A stretch of 64,000 bases of DNA. Origin: Rhodoferax sp. Lineage in GTDB: Bacteria; Pseudomonadota; Gammaproteobacteria; Burkholderiales; Burkholderiaceae_C. Of the stretch, positions 60,947 through 64,000 are shown piece by piece (within the stretch, counting starts at the first letter, position 1; the number at the start of each line of letters is the position of its first letter). The position numbers and the translations under genes are program-made. Location of the stretch: positions 7,724 to 71,723 of the forward strand of contig JAGPBF010000001.1 in NCBI GenBank assembly GCA_018063505.1. Reading direction: 5' to 3'. Under the pieces are notes generated by a model that saw only the letters and a list, made by a program, of their open reading frames with translations, did no database searches and was not told the origin of the DNA.

Positions 60947-61773
60947 CGTGTATTGCTCCTTCCCCCTGAAGGGGGAAGGCCGGGTTGGGGGGGAGCGTCA
61001 TCCTGCGCGGAGGCGTCCTCGGGGTTCACCCCGAGGTAAGCCTCCTGGACCACCCTGGATGCAATCACCTCGGCAGGATCGCCATCGGCCACCAGCAGAC
61101 CGTTGTGCAGCACGATGATGCGATCGGCCAGTTCGCGCACCACATCCATCTTGTGTTCGACCAGCAGGATGGTCTTGCGCTTGTCCTTCTTGAGGGAACG
61201 GATCAGGTCCAGGATCACCGGCGCTTCGTCGACACTCATGCCGGCGGTGGGCTCGTCGAACATGAAAACCTGCGGCTCGAGCGCGATCAGCAGCGCCACC
61301 TCGAGCTTGCGCTGGTCACCGTGTGCCAGCCCCGCGACGATGGCGTCCTGCTGATCCTGCATCGCCACCGTGGCCAGAATCTCGTCGGTGCGCGCAAGCA
61401 AGCCTGCATGGTCGCTCCACACACTCCACAGGTTCAGGCCGCGTCGGTGCCGGCCCCCGCGGGTGGCCTGCACCGCCAGTCGCACGTTCTCGTGCACCGA
61501 CAGATTGGGAAACAGGTTGGTCAGCTGGAACGCACGGCCGAGACCGGCACGGGTGCGCGCCGAGACACCCAGCGCCGAGATGTCGCGGCCGCCCAGCATC
61601 ACACTGCCGGCGCTGGCCTTGAGCTGCCCCGAGATCAGGTTGAAATAGGTCGTCTTGCCGGCGCCGTTTGGCCCGACGATGGCCGTCAGCGTGCCTGGCG
61701 CAAAACTGCAGTTCACGCCATTGACAGCCACGTGGCCGCCGAAGCGGATCGTCAGATCCCGGGTTTGAAGCAT
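60943..61773 (-). CDS. Liv-type ABC ATPase (LivG-like)
   Basis: GPNGAGKT, LAHGDQ, DEPTAG, VEH and AYLG, followed by an extra tail. Confidence 0.95.
   Translation of the reverse strand: MLQTRDLTIRFGGHVAVNGVNCSFAPGTLTAIVGPNGAGKTTYFNLISGQLKASAGSVMLGGRDISALGVSARTRAGLGRAFQLTNLFPNLSVHENVRLAVQATRGGRHRRGLNLWSVWSDHAGLLARTDEILATVAMQDQQDAIVAGLAHGDQRKLEVALLIALEPQVFMFDEPTAGMSVDEAPVILDLIRSLKKDKRKTILLVEHKMDVVRELADRIIVLHNGLLVADGDPAEVIASRVVQEAYLGVNPEDASAQDDAPPQPGLPPSGGRSNTR
60955..60996 (-). repeat. REP-like palindromic element inside the LivG-like 3' end
   Basis: GCTCCCCCCCAACCCGG-CCTTCCCCC-TTCA-GGGGGAAGG-AGC, with a perfect 9-bp stem. Confidence 0.6.
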
Positions 61774-61855
61774 AGGTGTCAGCCGATGTGCGGCAATGCG
61801 CTCCTCCCACGCATGTCCATGCGCGGGTTTCGCGTTGCGACAGGAAGGAAAACGA

Positions 61856-63061
61856 TCAGCGCTTGTTGCGGATCGGAATATCCATGTCTTCTGCCTTGAT
61901 CTCGCGCACCAGCTCCGGCACGCCCCAGGCAAACGCCGGGTCGGCCTTGATCTTGAAGTGGAACATGCTTTGCATCGCCTGATGGTCTTCCTTGCGGAAG
62001 GTCATCTTGCCCTTGGGCGTGTCGAAGCTCATGCCTTCCATCGTGCTGATCAGCTTGTTGGTGTTGGTGTCGCCGTTGGTCTTCTTGAGCGCCGTGACCA
62101 CCGCCATGGCCGCCGAGAAGCCGCCGGCCGTGAAGAAGTCCGGCGGGGACTTGAACTGGCTGTAATGCTGGGCCACCATCGCATCGTTGGCCGGGTTCTT
62201 CGGAATGCCGAAGTAGCAATACAGCGCACCCTCCATGCCCGGAAACTGCTTGTACGCCACCATGGCCGGCAGGATGTTGCCGCCGGTGGCCAGCTTGATG
62301 CCGTAGCGCTTTTCCAGGTCCAGGTCGGCGATCTTGCCAAACGGTGTCGGCGCGCCCGACCAGGCCACCGAAATGTACTTGTTGCCCGGCTGGTCCTTGA
62401 GCTTGTCGATGATGCGCTGCAGGCCGGCCGTGAAATCGGTCGTGCCCACCGGCAGGTATTCCTCGTGGACGATCTTGGCCTTCTTCGTGAATTCCTTGCT
62501 GGCCTTCACGCCGTCGCGGCCAAATGCGTTGTCATTGGCCAGGATGGCAATCACGTTGCCTGGTGCGTCCAGTGCCACGGCATTGGAGGCGGCGTCCTGC
62601 GAACTGTTGCGGCCGGTGCGGAAGATGTATTTGTTCCATTTGTCGCCGGTGATGGAGTCGGCAACCGCGGGTTCGACCAGCAGGATCTTCTTGTATTCCT
62701 CGGCCACCGGCAACATCGCCAGTGCGACCGGTGAAGCAGTCGGACCGACCGCAATGTCGACCTTGTCGTCTGCATACGCTGCCTGCAACAGGCTCTTGCC
62801 CACGTCGGGCTTGCCCTGGTCGTCTTTCTCGAGCACGACGATTTTCTTGCCCGCCACCATCATGGTGCCGCCGGTGGCGTAGTTCAGACCCATGTTGAAG
62901 CCGACGATGGTCTGCTTGGCATACGCCTCCAGCGGGCCGGTCTTGCTGGCGATCACGGCGATGCGGACTTCCTTGTTCTGCGCCATGGCCGCAGGCGATG
63001 CCACGGCAAGGGCGGTGATGGCGGCCAGGCTGGCCAGGGCAACGAGCGAACGACGGTGCAT
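61856..63061 (-). CDS. Liv-type ABC substrate-binding protein
   Basis: Signal peptide, KDDQGKPD, YIFRTGRNS and TPKGKMTFR. Confidence 0.93.
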   Translation of the reverse strand: MHRRSLVALASLAAITALAVASPAAMAQNKEVRIAVIASKTGPLEAYAKQTIVGFNMGLNYATGGTMMVAGKKIVVLEKDDQGKPDVGKSLLQAAYADDKVDIAVGPTASPVALAMLPVAEEYKKILLVEPAVADSITGDKWNKYIFRTGRNSSQDAASNAVALDAPGNVIAILANDNAFGRDGVKASKEFTKKAKIVHEEYLPVGTTDFTAGLQRIIDKLKDQPGNKYISVAWSGAPTPFGKIADLDLEKRYGIKLATGGNILPAMVAYKQFPGMEGALYCYFGIPKNPANDAMVAQHYSQFKSPPDFFTAGGFSAAMAVVTALKKTNGDTNTNKLISTMEGMSFDTPKGKMTFRKEDHQAMQSMFHFKIKADPAFAWGVPELVREIKAEDMDIPIRNKR

Positions 63062-63103
63062 GAAAGTCTCCTGATTGTTGTGGCAATGAACCTCATGGCT
63101 GAT

Positions 63104-63119
63104 TGCACGCTTCATGCCA
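63104..63119 (-). promoter_or_regulatory. sigma54 -24/-12 promoter of the ABC operon
   Basis: Minus strand reads TGGCATGAAGCGTGCA (GG-N10-GC), about 40 bp upstream of the ATG. Confidence 0.8.
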
Positions 63120-63124
63120 TCTCG

Positions 63125-63137
63125 CAAGTATTTGATA
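63125..63137 (-). promoter_or_regulatory. IHF site
   Basis: TATCAA-ATAC-TTG, a perfect WATCAA-N4-TTR. Confidence 0.75.
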
Positions 63138-63168
63138 TTTAACGAATTACTGAGGTTGCACCCAACAA

Positions 63169-63209
63169 TGTTCAAAAATCAGGCAATTAACTTGTTCAAA
63201 GTTCAGACA
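63169..63209. promoter_or_regulatory. Tandem upstream activator sites (putative)
   Basis: TGTTCAAAAATCAGGCA and TGTTCAAAGTTCAGACA (14/17 identical, TGT-N11-ACA type), 24 bp apart. Confidence 0.6.
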
Positions 63210-63221
63210 TTTGACTGAAGT

Positions 63222-64000
63222 TCATACAGTTTCATTCAGACGCTGGTACAAGGTTGCCCGGGAAATGCCGAGCATCCGTGCCGCCGCCAGCTTGTTGCCA
63301 TTGGTGGCCGTCAGCGCCGCGGCGATCGCGTCGTGCTCGAGCTGCGCCACCTGTACCGCCATCGGCCGCAACAACGCGAGCGGCGGCGGCATCGGCATCG
63401 CAGCTTGCACGACGGGCAACGCGGGCGCCAGCAGATCGATGCCCGACTCCGCCAGCACCTTGCGCAGCAGGTCCGCATCGATGCGCATGGTGTCGCTGCG
63501 CATCGCACATTGCTCGAGCACATTGCGCAACTCCCGGATGTTGCCACGCCACTCCTGCGCGCACAGCAGTTCCAGCGCTTCGCTGGTGACCTCCGGCGGT
63601 ACCGAACCGCCGCGCAGCGCCACATCGTCGGTCAGAACCTCCACCAGCGCCGCAATGTCGCTGCGCCGCTCGCGCAGCGGCGGCACCCGGATTGGCAGCA
63701 CATTGAGCCGGTAGTACAGGTCTTCGCGGAACTTGCCCTCACGCATGCCGGCTGCCAGGTCGCGCGAGGTGGCGGCGATCACCCGCACGTTGAACGGCAC
63801 CAGCTGGTTCGACCCCAATGGTTCGATCTCGCCTTCCTGCAACGCACGCAGCAACTTGGCCTGCAATGCCAGCGGCATGTCGCCGATCTCGTCCAGAAAC
63901 AGGCTGCCGCCGTCGGCCAGCTTGAACTTGCCATCGCGCCCCCGGCGGTCGGCACCGGTGAACGCGCCGGGCGCCACACCGAAGAACTCGGCCTCGAGCA
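63222..64000 (-). CDS. sigma54-dependent enhancer-binding protein, C-terminal part (starts beyond window)
   Basis: [34 protein letters not shown] and a Fis HTH. Confidence 0.95.
   Translation of the reverse strand, partial: LEAEFFGVAPGAFTGADRRGRDGKFKLADGGSLFLDEIGDMPLALQAKLLRALQEGEIEPLGSNQLVPFNVRVIAATSRDLAAGMREGKFREDLYYRLNVLPIRVPPLRERRSDIAALVEVLTDDVALRGGSVPPEVTSEALELLCAQEWRGNIRELRNVLEQCAMRSDTMRIDADLLRKVLAESGIDLLAPALPVVQAAMPMPPPLALLRPMAVQVAQLEHDAIAAALTATNGNKLAAARMLGISRATLYQRLNETV

Overview
GC-rich betaproteobacterial chromosomal segment. Gene order and proteins look Comamonadaceae/Burkholderiales-like (inference). It is mostly core genome: clpA-clpS, icd, sodB, xseA, exbBD-lpxK-trm112-kdsB-adk, lexA, tig-clpP-clpX-lon, four tRNAs, hpnCDE, hemH, slyD. 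Accessory-looking blocks are: (i) 1-6.7 kb, three glycosyltransferases, an oppositely oriented AsnB-type amidotransferase and a divergent CyaC-like heme/2Fe-2S/class III cyclase; (ii) a Crp-APH kinase-acyl-CoA dehydrogenase operon; (iii) an RND pump divergent from hpnCDE across a TetR-like operator; (iv) a sigma54-driven Liv-type ABC transporter plus serine hydrolase. I see no integrase, transposase, prophage or CRISPR array. The most unusual signal is a family of ~60-85 bp dispersed elements at gene junctions (16856-16986 as two tandem copies, 19675, 54950, and a degenerate one at 59159). They start on an RTGA start/stop motif, usually carry CCCAAG and a CCGCA-stem-GNA-stem hairpin, and most end in a Shine-Dalgarno-like motif plus a start codon. 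They keep a reading frame open across the junction, like portable translational-coupling linkers. Start codons were refined by eye and all family assignments come from motif recognition, not database searches.
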